Shown here: positions 37,817 through 50,512 of the stretch, piece after piece
How positions within the stretch are numbered: position 1 is the stretch's first letter
How the letters are laid out: every line of letters begins with the position of its first letter
Made by a program: the position numbers and the translations under genes
The notes under the pieces: model-generated
The model's database searches: none
Told to the model about the DNA's origin: nothing
Seen by the model: only the letters and a program-made list of their open reading frames with translations
Assembly (NCBI RefSeq): GCF_964204645.1
Contig: NC_134030.1
Span: 293,355-357,354 of the forward strand
Direction of reading: 5' to 3'
DNA length: 64,000 nucleotides
DNA from: Tubulanus polymorphus
Taxonomy: Eukaryota; Animalia; Nemertea

Positions 37817-40800
37817 TTAGAAACGACCGTGACGTTCTTCGCGATCGCGACCACCAGCGCCACCTCCGCGTCCTCCACGACCTCTCTCGCGACTACGCGA
37901 CCTTGACCTTCTGTCACGACTATTGGAACGACGTCTGTGATCTCGTTCTCGGCTGCGACTTCGACTTCCGCTGTGTCTCGTCGGCGGTGACCTTGACCTA
38001 GATCTGCAATCAGACGATGTGATAGGGTAAAAACTCGCACATTCAGAATAGTTTTGACTCGATATGAGGCCGCGTACAATAACTGGTTATAGCAGGAATT
38101 ATACTACAGGGTCCAATTCCACAGTTGTGAGTTAAGATTTGACCCTGGGTTAAAACATTGAAAATGAACTAACTTTAACTCTAACTCACAACTGTGGAAC
38201 TGGATCCAGGACTAGAGGCTCCTTAATTCAGTATATCATATCAATAGGTCCCGCCAGATCAGAGGCAGCGCACGCCATCTATTGTTTATTCCATTCACTG
38301 GTTATGCATCAGTCCAAAAAATGCTGGTCCCAAGTTAAAGGAATTATCGAGTGCACTAGACTGCATCAAGATAGGGCTGTTGTGCATGTGCCCTTTAAAC
38401 GGACTCAATGGTGTTAAGAGATGAGGGAGTGGAGGGGAGGGAGGGTAGAGGGTGAGTGTATGGAGGGAGGTTATAAAGGAGGGAGTGGAGGGGGTGTATG
38501 AGGGGAGGGGGTGTATGAGGGGAGGGGAGTGTATGAAGGAGGGGAGGGGGAGGAGGGTGGATTATAACTAACCTGCGTTTATGACCACCTTTGTGTCGTC
38601 CGTACAATTCCCGTCTCAATTCACGAGAAATCGGCTTCAAATGCATGAAATTACAGAATCCTCCGCGAGTACATTCTCTATAAATATAAACAATTAAACG
38701 CTTTAAAATCATCAATCTAACAATCAACTCGCGTCAATCGTTTCTTTAATTGTCTTTTCTTCAGTCGTCGAATGGATCCCCTAAAAATATACACCACAGC
38801 ATTCACCACACCGCGCTTCAACAATCGATACCGTAGCAACCAACTCTAATAATCGCCTCAACAATCGATCCCCTAGTAACAAATTTGATAAATGACGTCA
38901 ACAATGGATCCCCTAGCAACAAATTTGATTAATGACGTCAACAATGGATCCCCTAGCAACAAATTAGAATCATTACATCAACAATGGATTATTTTATCAA
39001 CAATGAATCACTATAGTGACGATGAATTATGATTTTCCCGATTCGGGAGGAGACCATCCTGAACTGCGTTTTGAAACCGGCGGCGGCGGGACGACGATGA
39101 TGTCAATGGAAGGGACGGTCGATTTATCGGGTGCAGTAAATATGTACCTGTTTTCGTAGCTAGGGTTTGAAGTGTTCTGTCGATTCTTGCAGCTGAGATA
39201 ATAAATTAGAACACAGTTTTTTATACCAGCAAAAACTTGTTATCATCACAATAGAGAGAATCGACATGTTATAAATCAGACACACTGACTCCGCCCCCCT
39301 GAGATACTCTGACTCCGCCCCCCTGAGATACTCTGACTCCGCCCCCCTGAGATACTCTGACTCCGCCCCCCTGAGATACTCTGACTCCGCCCCCCTGAGA
39401 TACTCTGACTCCGCCCCCTGAGATACTCTGACTCCGCCCCCCTGAGATACTCTGACTCCGCCCCCCTGAGATACTCTGACTCCGCCCCCTGAGATACTCT
39501 GACTCCACCCCCCTGAGATACTCTGACTCCGCCCCCCTGATATACTCTGACTCCGCCCCCCTGAGATACTCTGACTCCGCCCCCTGAGATACTCTGACTC
39601 CGCCCCCTGAGATACTCTGACTCCGCCCCCTGAGATACTCTGACTCCGCCCCCCTGAGATACTCTGACTCCGCCCCCCTGAGATACTCTGACTCCGCCCC
39701 CTGAGATACTCTGACTCCGCCCCATGAGATACTCTGACTCCGCCCCCTGAGATACTCTGACTCCGCCCCCCTGAGATAATCTGACTCCGCCCACGCTCAA
39801 AAACCTGTCTCCTAGGCGGACTCAATAAACTTCTCATTATCAATGACTTCAATCTTTCATTATCGAAATATCCGAGATTGTTTTTTTTTTGTGAGATAAT
39901 TAGATTAGGATCATCAGCTGCAAGAAAAAGAGAATACGACTGCCACCAGAGGGCACCGTCATCTCCGGGCTCGTCCAGAAACATCTTAAAAACCGTCGCG
40001 ACACGAACACACACGAGACCCAGCTTCACAAATAATCACACTAACTCGTTACTGAATCGTTGAAGTCATTGATAATGAGGAGTTTGTTATTTCTGTTGTA
40101 ATTAGTTTGTGAAACTGGGTTCCGGGGGGTGGAGGGGGATGAGGGCCGGCGATGTGAGGTTACGTAGCTTACCCCATCTCGTATTGACGGCAACAAGCTT
40201 CACGGAAATCGGTAACCGGCGACAACTCGGCGTGAATCGGACGACCGTTAAACCAACGATTGTTTAAATCAGCGACCGCTTTTTCTGCATCTTCCTCGTA
40301 ACGGAACTACAACAATTAAACATCAATCAATAAATCAATCCGTTATCCGTCGGTCAACGGACGGAGACCGTGCAGGGATTACTGGATTTAGTGTTACCTT
40401 GACGTAAACGCAACCGACGAGATGATCACCGAGATTATCACAAACATTCATCTCTTCTATCTCACCGTACTGGAATAATAAATAACCACAATCAGAATCA
40501 GAGGGCAGAGAGAGAGTAGGGTGGAGAGGAAAGGGAGTGAGGGGAGAGGAGAAAGGGGGAAAGGGGGAGAGTTAAAGGGGAGAGAGAGAGGGAGAGTAGA
40601 GTGCAGAGGAAAGGGAGTGAGGGCAGAGCAAGAGTTAGAGGGAGGGAAAGTTAGAGGGAGTTGAGAGGGAGGGAGAGTTAGAGGAAGGAGAGAGGGAGGG
40701 AGGGAGAGAGAGAGTTAAAGGGGGAGAGGGAGAGTAGAGTGGAAAGGGAGAGTTAGAGGGAGGGAGGGAGGGAGGGAGAGAGAGGGAGGGAGGGAGAGGG

Positions 40801-42497
40801 AGGGAGAGAGAGGGAGAGTTAGAGGAAGGAGAGAGGGAGGGAGGGAGAGAGTTAAAGGGGGAGAGGGAGAGTAGAGTGGAGAGGAAAGGGAGTGAGGGCA
40901 GAGCAAGAGTTAGAGAAAGTTAGAGGGAGGAGAGAGGGAGGGAGAGTTAGAAGGAGAGGGAGGGAGAGAGGGAGAGTTAGAGGGAGAGAGGAGAGAGGGA
41001 GAGAGTTAGAGGGAGAGAGGAGAGAGGGAGAGAGAGGGAGGAGAGAGTTAGAGGGAGAGAGGAGAGAGGGAGAGAGAGGGAGGAGAGGGGAAACAAACAG
41101 AATTAATATTAAATTTACTTTATCTTCAAGTTCCACAAAAACTTCCTCAAAGAATTCATCGTAATGCTGCTGCATTTCAACCTCAGTAACTTGAACTAGA
41201 AAATACACAACAAACAAACATTTCAACTGACAGTAGTCTGAGAGGGGGGAGATGTGGGGAGGGGAGGGGGGAGTTCTACTTACTGTGAGATCCATCAGCT
41301 GTTAATGCACTATTCTGAGGGGGAGGAGCTGTGTGTGAGGGGAGGGGAGGGGGGAGTTCTACTTACTGTGAGATCCATCAGCTGTTAATGCACTATTCTG
41401 AGGGGGAGGAGCTGTGTGTGAGGGGAGGGGAGGGGGGAGTTCTACTTACTGTGAGATCCATCAGCTGTTAATGCACTATTCTGAGAGGGGGGAGATGTGG
41501 GGGAGGGGAGGGGAGGGGAGGGGGAGTTCTACTTACTGTGAGATCCATCAGCTGTTAATGCACTATTCTGAGGATTGATGTATAAATTTGGAATCAAAAT
41601 TGTCTACAAAAAATATGGAAATATAACGAATGTGAAATTAAATCATCATCTAACAGTTTTAATGAGTATCATAAATATTCAGTAGCAGCAGCTACAGCTG
41701 CAGCAGCAACAGCAGCAGCTACAGAAGCAGCTGTTGCTACAACAGCAGCAGCTACAGAAGCAGCTGTTGCTACAACAGCAGCAGCTACAGAAGCAGCTGT
41801 TGCTACAACAGCAGCAGCTACAGAAGCAGCTGTTGCTACAACAGCAGCAGCAGCAGCAGCAGCAGCAACGTGAGGCTGACAGGGTACAGTTAGTCTCTGA
41901 TTAATTGAATGAATTAAAACTAGAGTCAATCATTTTAGGGCGTTCCATTAAACACAATCCACAAATCATATCAAAGCTTAAATGCATAAAATATGGACGC
42001 GGGCAGCATGATCCTCCCTTACTCGGACGGGATGGATAGGCCTACTACTGAGTCTACTTAAGTTTCAAGATTTTGTTGCCCTCTGGCCCTGGCTTGGCCC
42101 GGCGACCACACCCTGTGTCACAAGGGCTCCACGCTCGACATACCTGACTGAATGTGGGTTTATTATGAAGTCTTGAACATCTTTCTCCGTGACGACAAGC
42201 TCCAATTTTAAAATAAAACGAGCAATTTACTCTGAAATAAGAATAGACAGAGAGAGAGAGTAATAAACACAGACTACACGAGTAACTGAACGGAGTCACA
42301 CAGACTACACGAGAGTGCCCGAGTAAATTCATTCATTCTTTGAATTTCATTGATTCTAACAAGACAAAATTCACTTAAACAATTAGAACAGCTAAACGTC
42401 TACAAATTAGTGCTAATAAGAAGTAATTAATCACGTTAATTAAAGCGACTTACTTGTCTTTTTCTGTACCGAAAATCGACGCTAAATATTCGGCCAT
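37817..42497 (-). CDS. U2AF1: U2 snRNP auxiliary factor small subunit (U2AF35), 8 coding exons
   Basis: Exons 42497-42454, 42231-42144, 41603-41537, 41195-41119, 40469-40398, 40306-40173, 38677-38573, 38003-37817. Protein: [30 protein letters not shown] (ZnF1), [25 protein letters not shown] (ZnF2), RS tail. Confidence 0.97.
38107..38210. mobile_element. Short MITE with CAGG(G/A)TCCA(A/G)TTCCACAGTTGTGAGTTA termini
   Basis: ~28-bp inverted repeats; similar copies at 36720-36852 and 40017-40122. Confidence 0.7.
39283..39793. repeat. 23-24 bp intronic minisatellite
   Basis: CTGACTCCGCCCCC(C)TGAGATACT in tandem; this explains the repetitive ORFs here. Confidence 0.95.
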
Positions 42498-44825
42498 TTT
42501 GATTTTCTTTATTCGCCAGTCGACGTACTAATTACCGCCATCCAACGACGAATACAAGAGCGTTTAAATGTTTTAAATTCTAAATCGTTGAAAAACGAAT
42601 CACGACAATAGAAATGATACTACGAATAATCAGCGATTTGTTTAATTTGAATCTTTATCGAAATAGTCGTGAGTGGCCGTTTCTTTCCTAGGATAAAACT
42701 CGTAATTTTGTGCCTGGCCTTTTCTGACCTATGAAAACTAGAAGCATCTTCGAAAGACTTTTAAAAACCACGCCTGCGCTAGAAACAAAAACCGGTACGG
42801 AATCAGATACCGATAGGTCTCAACAAGTATCCACAAAACATTTGAAAGGTGATTTTCGAGAACGTTCCTTTTTTTGTTGGATAAAATGTCAAATTCTGAT
42901 TCTCGTTCCCGATAACATCCTGCAAAAATCTTTTTTTCTTTTCTTTCAAATTTTTTCATCACGTTCTGCAATTTTTCAATGACTCTACTACGAGTTGATA
43001 TTTGACGAAAAAAAAGGAATCGCGTGTAATCGAAGACGATTTAATTGTTTGCCGTTGAAAAAAAGACAGATGTCGATTTGGACGAGGTTTAAACAAATAA
43101 TAGGGAAATGTATATAGTTCCTCACTCCCTCAGTCCCTCTCGCTGCTGCTGTTGCTGCTGCTGTTGTTGCTGTTGCTGCCACGTCAAACTTGACAAATAT
43201 ATAACCCTGGAAACAACGAGAAAAACACATGTCGCGTGTTGAAATAAATTCCGCAATAAAAATCAATCGATTTTTGCTTCCGATTTCGTGATATTTTGAA
43301 TAAGTGAAATTAAATCAGTATTGATCGTCAGCAGTTCTAAGGAGGTGCAGTATTTCCACCGGGTCTGATTCGTTCGCCGTATCGAGTTTAGCTACAAGAA
43401 CCCCCTATGAGGGGTAACCTAAACCTATCAGGGATTCTCAGTTTCAACAGGTGGCTGCTAGGCGGCTGCATGGCTTTTCAATTTTGTACCGCAGAAGACC
43501 TTGCTCGGTCACTTATAGCTAAAATCACTGTTAAATCTATTTTTCAATTTATACCACTGGTATCCAGTCATACACGACAGTTCGCGTCCCCCGGTCCTAC
43601 AAAGACATTTACAGAGACACTCACAGTGTCACTCACTAAGACACTCACTGAGACACTCACTGAGACACTCACCGAGACACTCACCGAGACACTCACAGTG
43701 TCACTCACACAGTGTCATTCGCTGAGACACTCACTGCCCTGTGTCACTCACTGCCCTGTGTCACTCACTGCCCTGTGATACTCATCCGCACAGTACACGG
43801 TACCCTGTGGTTCTTTGTTCTAAATCCAGGAGTCGTTTTTTTTTGAAATGACTAAAACTAAACGCAGCTGTGTTTAAACTTGATTCCAGTCTCGGGGACT
43901 TGATGTCGAGGAGGCTTTTGTATATTAACAATTGCTCCCTATAGATACACACACATATATATATATATGTATATATATAAATATATATATATATATACTG
44001 ACATTAGGGACCAGTTGAGGTTTCATAATCAAACCAACCTTTGATACAGATACAACAGACACAGACAGGTGATATCAGCAGCAGTTCGAGCGAAAAACAC
44101 AAATCAGGTAAATCCTGTTTCTCATATACGGTTTCACCAACAAATGCAGAACAAATCGCAGTTTCATCAGTATTATCATTATTGTTATCATCATTATCAT
44201 TATTATTTACCATAGCTTGAATAAAAAGTTAGGTTTTAAGAGTTGATTTCTCGATAAACCTCTCTCTCGTTAGAATTTTCGTTTTTTTTGCATTCAAGTT
44301 AAAACCTCTGGAAATCCTCTAATAGTTTTAGTAAAATAGCTCTCCGACGGGGACAATCGATGTTAACGTATTAAACAGCAAAATTTAAAAAGCTAAATAT
44401 ATTATTCTAAGATTGAAAACTAAAAACGTTCCGAACTATTTCTAGATGTTGCAATCAACGTCAAGGTTTGTGACGATTGTCTCTAAGATTTAGATATTCA
44501 TATTTGTGTTAACAAAGGGACACTTGTTTAGATGGAAACCAATTTCACAAAGTTTCCAAATTCTTAATCAAATTTCTTCAGCGGATTTGAAATAATTTAC
44601 AAATATATCTCATATTTTTATTGGAAATTTCATAAATGTTTCGTAATTCGTAGAAATAATCGAAATTCGTATTCAAACCCGAGTTTGCATCGATATGATC
44701 AGGTTAAACGAATTAAAAATCCTTTGAATAATTATCATGTGAATTTATTTTGAACATTTCTATTGGTTTTGCGATCTTACAAATCTTTTCTTAGCAATAT
44801 TCTACTTTCTAGTTAAAAAGAAATC

Positions 44826-47800
44826 ATGATGTGGAAGATTTTCACGCTAGCGACTATTCTGATGGTAGCTACGCATGCGCAGTTCAGTCAGAGTCGACGA
44901 GCTGCTGAGGAGCCTGCGGCAAGTGAAGTTCAAATTGAATCTACACCTGAATCTGAACCTGAATCTAGTCCTGAAACTAAACCTGAAACTAAACCTGAAA
45001 CTAGACCTGATCCAGATTTAGCCGCCTATCTCGCCGGTCGCAGACAAGGCAGTAATAGCGCAAGGCGACCCGCAATGTCCGTAGATGTGATAAACCAAGA
45101 TCCAGTGCCGCCCCCTGGTGGACAGACCGAAAATAATCCAGCATCAATTGACGGCCAGGCGGCAGAGGGCGACACTGGTACAGGCCCAGATTTGGCCGCC
45201 TTTCTCGCTGCTCGTAGACGAGATAGGAACAGGGATAGACGACCCGAAATGGTGGTAGATCCAGCACCGCCCCCTGGTGAACAGACCGTAAACAATCCAG
45301 CATCAATTGACGGCCAGGCGGCAGAGGGCGACACTGGTACAGACCCAGCTTTAGCCGCCTTTATCGCCGATCGTAGACGTGAAAGGGATAGGGAGAGGCA
45401 ATCTGGAATGATCGTTGATGCTACTAATTTTGATCCGAAAGATGTTATAGTAGGTAACGACGACAAGACAACGCCCCCTGGTGGACAGACCGAAAACAAC
45501 CCGGAAGTACACCCCGGTGAACGGATAAACGCTACCGTATCCAATGGTAATATCGTCACTGATACTGATTTAATCAACAATACGAATGAAGGAAAATGTA
45601 AGTTTCTGATTATAGGATAGAGGGAGGAAAGGGAGAAGGGGGGAGGGAGAGGGAGGAGGAGTGGGGAGAGTGGACATCATTTTAGTGTGAAAAAGAGTGG
45701 TATAAACCTCTCAAAATGTTTCGATATTTTAGATAAATATTTTCAACAATTGTAGGATATTGACTGCATGTTGTTGTGATTTGCAGCTTGTAAACAGAAA
45801 ACCGATATCGTGTTAGCAGTTGATATGAGCGGTAGCGTTAACGACGCCGGAGCCGTTGAATTAGTGAAACAATCAGCGGTTAAAATGATCGAACTTCTTC
45901 CTATCAATCCGGTAAATACAATATACTATTGATTACCAGTTTGTCTAGAGGGGGGTGGTGCTAAAGGGAGTGAGTGCCCAAAACATCAAACAATATCCAG
46001 CTTGTGGAAAATATCATTTCGTGAGATCGAAAATAGATATCGATAATCACGACTATCGAAATCACAATGCATGTAAAATATTATATCTATCACTGGATTC
46101 CGGGTTTATAGAATAAATTTTGTGAATCAGATGGAAGGGGTGGGGGTGGGGGTGAGGGGGGGGGTGATGGGGGGCTTGGCCTACAGACAGTGCTCGATTT
46201 GATCGGTCGAATATATAAAAAAAATATTCACTCTGAAATATAAACAGTGGAACCTCGTTATAACAAACTCGGATACAACGATTCATCTGATATAACCAAT
46301 AAAGAATTTCGCCCCAAATAGGAAAATTTAATTGTTTTCATGCCGTCGAACTATCGGTTATAACGAATAGATTTTCTGGTCCCTCGATGTTCGCTGTAAC
46401 CAGGTTCAACTGTAATGTATATATGCGAATCAGGCTATTTAACTGAACATTGTAAATTTGATCTGATAATTCTTGTATTTTCAACTGTTTTTGGTTATCA
46501 ATTGTTCGAGTATTGTCTGATTGAATGGTTTATACAAACTGTAGGCTGCCGCGGAAGTGATCTACAGAGTCGGTGTAATGATGTATTCGGGTGAAGCCGA
46601 TACGAAAATCATCTTCCATTTGACAGATTTGACAAACGCGCAAAGTTCACAAAGTATGAAAACACAAATAATGGCGGCGAATATTCATCACGGTCAAACT
46701 CATACTGATAAAGCTTTGAAACTCATCCGAGAACAGGTGTGATATTTTACACTTTATATCGATATCAAAACGGCACTTATATCGAAAATATCATCTCAAA
46801 ATATCATATTTCAAAATCAGTATAGAAAAAGTGATGTTTTTTATTGACACTTTGCAAAAATTTTCCACAAATGAGATATCAAAAACCACTATCCAGTTAT
46901 ATCAAATAATATGATATCTCAAAAACTTAGGGAATCTTGATCAGAACTGAACAGGAAAAAAGTGATATTTTACACTTTACTGATGAGACATCAAAAACAC
47001 TATCTATTTATCCCAATTCTGCCAACAATCTATTATTGTGATGATATTTTTGATATTTCAGATGTTTACCGGTTCACACGTGAGAGTCGGCGCTAAGAAA
47101 GTACTAGTTATCATCGCAGACGGTGAAATCTGGAACTCGCGTAACTGGCACGCTAATACGCATGCGCAAACCGAGGAAGCCAAACGGTTAAATCAGATCG
47201 ATTTGAAGAAGCAGATAGATTTACTGGAGGCCGACGAGGTGCTGCGAATCGGGGTCGGGGTCGGAGATAAACTAGTTCAGTTTAGAGAACAACTGAAGAG
47301 TGTGATCAGCAAACCTAAGGATCAACATTATTTCGAGGTGAGTTCGAATTAAGTCGGAATCAGCGTAGTAACACCGCGTCATAATCTGATTATTATTTCC
47401 GATATCGATTTTCCAAGTTCCTCAATCGTAATTTGAAATTCGAAAAACAGTTTCAAATCTAAACTAAGATTGTTCAATTCGCCTCAGGAGCCTTGTAAAT
47501 AGTTATAGCTTAGATTAAGACCATATTTTGATTTAGATCACGATTGGGCCTCTGTTCGATTTCTACAGTGCAGTCGTTGAATCCAAATATGGCTCTTGTA
47601 CTTAAGCCCAGTAATGCCTTAAATCTAAGACCATCTTAGTTCTATAACCAATCACAACCTTAGACCAGTCTAAGCTTAATTTACTTCAACAGTCAATCTT
47701 ACAGTTTAAAATAAGTGTTAAGACTTAATTTAATACAACATTTCGACTAACTTCATAACGGATTGAGAAGGTCGTCTGCAGTAGTGATACAGATGGATCT

Positions 47801-48021
47801 TTCTTTTATCACAGGTAAAATTATGGGATTCATTCGCTAAATACTTCCCCGGTCTCGTCTCGTCGAAAGTCACGTGTCCAGACGTCCCCTTGGAAACGAT
47901 TTACGGTTACGTTAAAGAGATGAACAACAATGCGCAGAAAATCGTTTTGAACACGACCGTACATACGCTCGAGGCGCCCACTGGCGGTGCCGAACAGAAC
48001 GATGAAGTCGTGTTCCTATAA
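44826..48021 (+). CDS. Secreted von Willebrand factor A domain protein with repetitive N-terminus, 5 exons
   Basis: Signal peptide MMWKIFTLATILMVATHA. Exons 44826-45597, 45787-45911, 46545-46736, 47062-47337, 47815-48021. CKQKTDIVLAVDMSGS (MIDAS DxSxS), GQTHTDKAL, KVLVIIADG. AATAAA near 48049. Confidence 0.88.
46245..46412. mobile_element. pogo/Tigger-type MITE in an intron
   Basis: CAGTGGAACCTCGTTATAAC ... GCTGTAACCAGGTTCAACTG|TA termini. Confidence 0.65.
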
Positions 48022-48212
48022 AATCGTACGAATTTCACGAGTGAAATCAATAAAATATCGATAATCAAAAATATCGAAAGATGCAAAAAATATCGAAATT
48101 TTCTAATTGATTGTGATTGGTTTGAATAGTTATAGTCGTCCTGGCCGCGGTGAAAGAGCCCACCAAATCCGACCTTATGCCCCCAGACCCTAACTAGCCC
48201 TTTAGTAGCCCC

Positions 48213-48456
48213 GACAAACCCGAGCCACTGCCGCGAGATGACCCGGCAAACCCGAGCAACTGCACTGAGATGACCCAGCAAACAAGAGCAACTGCACTGA
48301 TGTGATCCGGCAAACCCGAGCTACTGCACTGAGATGACCCGGCAAACCCGAGCTACTGCACTGAGGTGGTCCGGCAAACCCGAGCAACTGCACTGAGGTG
48401 GTCCGGCAAACCCGAGCAACTGCACTGAGGTGGTCCGGCAAACCCGAGCCACTGCC
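48213..48456. repeat. ~32-bp minisatellite
   Basis: CCGGCAAACCCGAGCAACTGCACTGAGGTGGT-like units in tandem. Confidence 0.9.
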
Positions 48457-49064
48457 CTAAAATGGAAATGAAATGCAAATCTGTAACTTATGTGAATTCA
48501 AGGGTGCACATGAACACCACAATCTGATTTCTTTATTCACATTCTTTTTAAAAAGATACTTTTCACACGCGGTACGAAGTTTGTAGGCACGCGGCGGGGT
48601 TCCTACTGAGTCGAGTCTGTCACAGGGATTTAGATTCTCAAAATCAAGCTCTAAAATCTAACTCAGAACGCACATTATGCCGAAAACACGGAAAACACCA
48701 GACAGAAATATGTATCCTTGCGTTTCACTGCATCGTTCAGGAGAATTCAGCAGACGATCGCTTTTTGAAGGCAGAAATTATGCAGATCTCGGGGAGGGGT
48801 GCATTCTGGGCCTGAAAATAGTGAAGGTTTTACAGCATTTCTGAGAAAGCTTGAATGGACCTGAGTCCTACTGGAACCAGGCGCAGACGCCATGGTGCTA
48901 CACCAACTTCCGGCGGCAAAACATTGAACTAATATATTAACACTGTAAACCGCTTGAAATAAATAACGAGTATTTATCATATCTATTTTTGCAGATCAGG
49001 AATTCATTAATGCGTGTGTTATTTATGAAATTATGATTTTAATGTTTAGCCCCGATAATAACCA

Positions 49065-49137
49065 GCCCTCGTGGCGCAACGGATAGCGCGCTGGACTTCT
49101 AATTCAGAGGTTGTGGGTTCGAATCCCATCGAGGGTG
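49065..49137 (+). tRNA. tRNA-Arg(TCT), intronless
   Basis: 73-nt cloverleaf: acceptor stem GCCCTCG/CGAGGGT, D stem GCGC/GCGC, anticodon loop CTTCTAA, T arm GTGGG-TTCGAAT-CCCAT; oligo-T terminator just downstream. Confidence 0.95.
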
Positions 49138-49417
49138 TTCTTTTAGTTTTTCCCAATGCGACAAAGTAAGTGAAAATGTATATATAATTTAAGATAATGC
49201 GTATCGTACCCGCTCACTTCACCAGACTGCACCGATCGATCTTGTCACTATAAAAATTACAGCCATTACAGCCTATTACATATAATCATTTCCATGACGT
49301 CATAATACTTCAATTACATGGTTGTCACAAATATCTATTCGCAGTACAATTTGCCTCTGAAATTTGCTGTTACAATTTTTCTGTGAACCTACAGTCGATG
49401 TGAAGTTGTTCTCAACG

Positions 49418-50512
49418 ATGAACGCGTCATTAGATTTGATCTTAAATGCAACTGATATGACGACCACTGCGAGAGGAGCGTTTAAACCTCATCCTAAGTG
49501 TAAATATATTCATCACGCAGATTACAAACCGTTACATTTTAATCTCTATATACAGCTCATGAATTATATTGTGTTCAGTTTCGCGGTTCTCGGCGTATTT
49601 GCAAATTTACTATGTTTTATAATTCTCAGTACAGAACGTTCGACTAACACGAGTATATTCTATTTGAGATGTTTGGCCGTTACTGATCTGTTTACATGTT
49701 TATCTTATATCGTATTTGACTTTCACTATCAACTCTATACTCGCACGCTGCTATTGGATATGACCGATGAAATGAACCACGCTATGCAGCGCCTTTATTC
49801 GTACACAAGATATCTCATTCTGTCATTTTCGAAGATCGGGGATATCGTTATATTGTTGATATCAGTAGATAGATATATCGTTGTTTGTTGGCCTCTGAAA
49901 TCAGTAAGAATTATCAACAAAGAGAAAAGCTACATTTACATTATTTGTATCGTTTTACTGATTGTGTCTGATCAGATTCCAAATCTGTTTAGATATACAA
50001 CTCGCATTTCGCGTAACGCCTGTAGAGGTCATATAGTGTGGAATCAAAAGTTAACTTCATTTTCTAGAAATATTTATCTGAAATATTACCAGGTTTTTGT
50101 GCGCGCTCCAATATTTACCATAATCCCGACAGTGATAGTGATTCTGATAACTATCCGATTGATTTTCACGTTGAGACGCGCAGGAGCAGCGAGAAAAACA
50201 ATGTCTACAAATAATCAAACTTCTAACAGCAGCAGCCGCAGCAGCAGCAGCAGCAGCAGTGAGCGTAGTTTAACTCTGACATTAGTTGTCATTTCTTGTT
50301 TATATCTTATAAAAAACTCATTTGCTTTATACGGCAGCTTAACAATTTGGATTGAAGTCATCAAGAATGAAAGATTCCGGCGAAATCAGTATAGATATTT
50401 TGTACAGGCACTTATAAGAATGTTGGTAACATCTTGTAATTTCTTTATTTACTGCGCCTCAAGACTTCAATTTAGAAACCAACTTAAATTAATGTTTACT
50501 TGTACTCAGTAG
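49418..50512 (+). CDS. Intronless class A GPCR (FMRFamide-receptor-like/orphan peptide-type)
   Basis: N-terminal sequons (NAS, NAT), GVFAN, LAVTD, ISVDRY, NFFIYC; first ATG at 49418. Confidence 0.9.
   Translation: MNASLDLILNATDMTTTARGAFKPHPKCKYIHHADYKPLHFNLYIQLMNYIVFSFAVLGVFANLLCFIILSTERSTNTSIFYLRCLAVTDLFTCLSYIVFDFHYQLYTRTLLLDMTDEMNHAMQRLYSYTRYLILSFSKIGDIVILLISVDRYIVVCWPLKSVRIINKEKSYIYIICIVLLIVSDQIPNLFRYTTRISRNACRGHIVWNQKLTSFSRNIYLKYYQVFVRAPIFTIIPTVIVILITIRLIFTLRRAGAARKTMSTNNQTSNSSSRSSSSSSSERSLTLTLVVISCLYLIKNSFALYGSLTIWIEVIKNERFRRNQYRYFVQALIRMLVTSCNFFIYCASRLQFRNQLKLMFTCTQ

Noticed and set aside
39160-40029. 289-aa G/S/R-rich ORF and overlapping ORFs
   Set aside because: Intronic minisatellite of U2AF1.
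41669-41929. Poly-Ala/Val ORF
   Set aside because: CAG-rich intronic tandem repeat.
45001-45580. Antisense ORFs over the VWA gene's first exon (and similar ones over the GPCRs and Msxlx)
   Set aside because: Shadow frames of real coding sequence.
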